64,000 nucleotides of DNA from Cladosporium halotolerans (Eukaryota): assembly GCF_011745625.1 (NCBI RefSeq), contig NW_027191466.1, positions 496,001 through 560,000 on the forward strand. Direction: 5' to 3'. Below, in pieces: positions 61,148 through 64,000 of the stretch. The first letter of the stretch is position 1; each line of letters opens with the position of its first letter. The notes beneath the pieces are model-generated. The model was given only the letters and a program-made list of their open reading frames with translations. It did not search any database and was not told where the DNA came from. The position numbers and the translations under genes are program-made.

Positions 61148-61557
61148 CGTGTGGGAGTGTACAGCACAGCATTCAGCCGGCTGACTTCTGATTCATTCAC
61201 TTCCTTTTATGTATGCTGGGTGGCGACTATACAGCGGCAGGGCGCAGGCATATTGCTCACCTGTAGAGTAAATTCACCCCGCCCTATGGAAGTCTCGTCC
61301 ATTCCGTCATTCGGCGGTTCGCCCACCCGAAGTCGGAATCAGCGCCCGCGGTCGCACGTGTTTCAGGCTTGGCCAAAAGCTGGCGGGTTGCCCGGTCGAC
61401 GGCAACGTTTGGCTGTGCTCAACATCCTGGGGCGGCGAACGCGATCGCCGCTAGGGCGATGGCCCGCAAGCACCAGCATCGTCCGGTCTGCTAATAATAC
61501 AAACCGTAGGGCACGCCTCCGCTCATCCTCGCACATTCATTTTGACCAGCATCTGCA

Positions 61558-62762
61558 ATGGCCGACGTGCAACATCTCTCTCACGCGCTCGAGGGCGTCA
61601 GCGTTCAAGATGAAAACTACGACACGACTGCGCCGCCTGTGCCGTACAAATCGAAGGTGAATATGCCCACGTCGCATATTAAATGAGGCGCAACAAGGTC
61701 GCTAATGCTTCTCTTCAGTCTATCGCTGCCAATGGCCCTCAAAGTCGCCTCAAACTCCCCCTCCAGAAGATCCCGAGCAACGCAGCACCCAAACCCGCAC
61801 AGTTGACCAAGATCACTCTCCCTTCACAAGCGGCGCAACAGCGTTCCTCCGCCGAATCAAGACCGTCCGACTCCTCTGCAGACCCTATATCACAGCCTCA
61901 AGAGGTCAAACAAAAGCCAAAACAATACCATTTGGGCATGTTCGAGATAGGCAAGCCTCTAGGAAAGGGCAAATTCGGCCGCGTATACCTCGCCCGTGAA
62001 CGCGCTTCAGGCTTTGTCTGCGCCCTCAAAGTCCTGCATAAGTCAGAGCTGCAGCAAGGAAAGGTCGAAAAGCAAGTGCGCCGCGAAATCGAGATTCAGT
62101 CAAACTTGGCGCATCCACACTGCTTGCGCCTGTACGGCCACTTCCACGACAGCAAGCGCATCTTCCTCATTCTCGAATTCGCCGGCAAAGGCGAGCTGTA
62201 CAAGCATCTGCGCAAAGCCGGCAAATTCCCGGAATGGCAAGCAGCGCAGTACATCGCACAGATGGCCAGCGCTCTCAAGTACCTGCATAAGAAGCACGTC
62301 ATGCACCGTGATATCAAGCCTGAGAACATCCTCGTGGGGATTCACGGCGAGATCAAGATCAGCGATTTTGGCTGGAGTGTACATGCACCGAACAATCGCC
62401 GAAACACAATGTGCGGTACTCTGGACTACCTGCCACCCGAGATGATCAAGCCCGGACGTGAGGAGAATTGGTACACAGAAAAGGTCGACCTGTGGTCGCT
62501 AGGCGTCCTCACGTACGAATTCTTGGTCGGTGAAGCGCCTTTCGAAGACACTCCTGTCATGACACAACGGCGAATCGCGAAGTGCGACATGTCGATCCCT
62601 CCAAATCTCAGTCCCGAAGCGAGAGACCTGATCAAGCGATTGCTTGTGCTCGACCCAGAAAAGAGGATCAGCCTCGAGGACGTCGAGACTCACCCGTGGA
62701 TTATCAAGCACTGCGTTAAGGGCGAAAGGGCTTATAACCGCGCGAGTTTTGAGAAGAAGTAA
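61558..62762 (+). CDS. IPL1: Aurora kinase; exons 61558-61656 and 61719-62762
   Basis: [69 protein letters not shown]. Intron 61657-61718 (GTGAAT..GCTAAT..CAG). Confidence 0.97.
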
Positions 62763-63250
62763 TGGAGTCACGCGCTGCGCGCTGAATTCCCACGTCCTGG
62801 TAGCCGGGCGACTTTTTACGAGGTTGATTCTGCATTTGAACACAGCGATTGATTTAGGGCATGGCGTGGAGTCTCGGGGCTTGCTTTAATCGTGGGACAG
62901 GGTTATAATAGTTGTGGCGCATCCATCGCTTCGGACGCTCAGATATGCTTGTCATGAAATGTAACACTGTTGTCTATCGTACACTGCCCGCTCTTCTAAA
63001 TCAGCCGATGCCACCCATCGAAGATTGGAGTCCATAGCGTTTCTTGAAAGGGTTGAGATTACCGACTAATACGCCGCCGCCAGCAATTGACAACCAGGAC
63101 GATCTGGCGAGACCTGAGGCCATCCCGTGGCACAGGTCCGAGGCCTTACTGGGTCTCCAACCCTTGCTGCGGAGCCTCTCGCTTTTCTCTTTGGTTCATG
63201 TTTGGTGCGCTATGCTCCACATCAACACCAATCTCACACCGTATATCCTC

Positions 63251-63973
63251 TCACTTGTAGATTTCATCGAACGGTCGGGTATCGTTGAAACAGCTGTCCC
63301 AAACCTCGTTCACAACCTGATTCGCATGCGCCGCATCTCTACACCCTGGCCTCGCCGCCACACTCAGCGCGGCTCGCCGCCTCACACACTCCTGCATCTG
63401 TTGTGTGACACCCCACTGGCCTCTTGTGAAAAACTCCCTGCCCCAACGACACTCGCCACTGAGCGTACTTGCGCGGATCTCCGTGCAAGCCGCATGCCTC
63501 AGATTATGCACCGCGTCCATCTTAAACCGCAGGTGATCGTAAGCGTGCACCATCTCATGCGCGATCGTATCCTCGGTGTGTCCCCAGTTGCGCATCTGGT
63601 TTGCGCAGATGAGAATGCCGTACTCGGGATCGAAGCCGCCGGATTGCTTCGCGTCGCATTTCTGGCATATCACGCGCTCGGGCGTTATCGAGGCGCTGCC
63701 GTCGCTGGGCCCCAGCAGGTCGATGTTGTGCTTCATGAAGCGGATGATGGGCGAGTTGGCGAACAGCCATTTCGTGTCGCGGACGCAACGCTTACAGTCG
63801 GCCTCTGCGTTGATGGTGTCTTTGACGCGGAAGTAGGCTTCGCGCTCGCGGGTTGAGGCATTGCCGGTGAGGATGGAGAAGAAGGAGGACCAGGTGTAGT
63901 AGGTTGCGTCGTCGGGTGAGACTTTGGGATTGGACGCAGGGTCCGAGGAGGACGTTGATTGTGAGGCCGACAT
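63251..63973 (-). CDS. ATP23: Mitochondrial inner membrane metalloprotease/chaperone Atp23
   Basis: [30 protein letters not shown] (HExxH), [28 protein letters not shown]. Confidence 0.97.
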   Translation of the reverse strand: MSASQSTSSSDPASNPKVSPDDATYYTWSSFFSILTGNASTREREAYFRVKDTINAEADCKRCVRDTKWLFANSPIIRFMKHNIDLLGPSDGSASITPERVICQKCDAKQSGGFDPEYGILICANQMRNWGHTEDTIAHEMVHAYDHLRFKMDAVHNLRHAACTEIRASTLSGECRWGREFFTRGQWGVTQQMQECVRRRAALSVAARPGCRDAAHANQVVNEVWDSCFNDTRPFDEIYK

Positions 63974-64000
63974 AGTATCTGTGCTGCTAGCGATTTAGAA

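Overview
Gene-dense 64 kb window from a filamentous ascomycete. Short GT-AG introns with CTRAC-type branch sites and the gene content suggest a Dothideomycete (inference). It holds about 28 protein-coding genes, mostly housekeeping: ARO1, mitochondrial uS15, RPS0, an HBN1/FRM2-type nitroreductase, an SDR, EMC1, RSR1/Rap, SOD1, TAL1, ATG17, sconB/MET30, a 2OG-Fe(II) oxygenase, arginyl-tRNA synthetase, a GT90, AAT2, a Csm1/Pcs1 monopolin subunit, a LysM protein, PRO1, Aurora kinase and ATP23. There are also several orphan genes. I saw no transposon, rRNA, tRNA, CRISPR array or secondary-metabolite cluster, and no demonstrably new multi-gene system. The best leads are: (1) an isolated Lys/Cys-rich small secreted protein in a gene-poor gap; (2) three genes with in-frame N-terminal extensions that look like alternative-start organelle targeting (PTS2 on AAT2, mitochondrial presequences on ArgRS and the nitroreductase); (3) a strong hairpin in the RPS0 intron; (4) a 10-nt micro-exon in RSR1; (5) candidate Ace1, Gcn4/CpcA and CYS3/MetR sites next to their expected target genes; (6) a recurrent C-rich to G-rich skew switch near gene 3' ends. 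All exon boundaries were read by hand and need RNA-seq confirmation.
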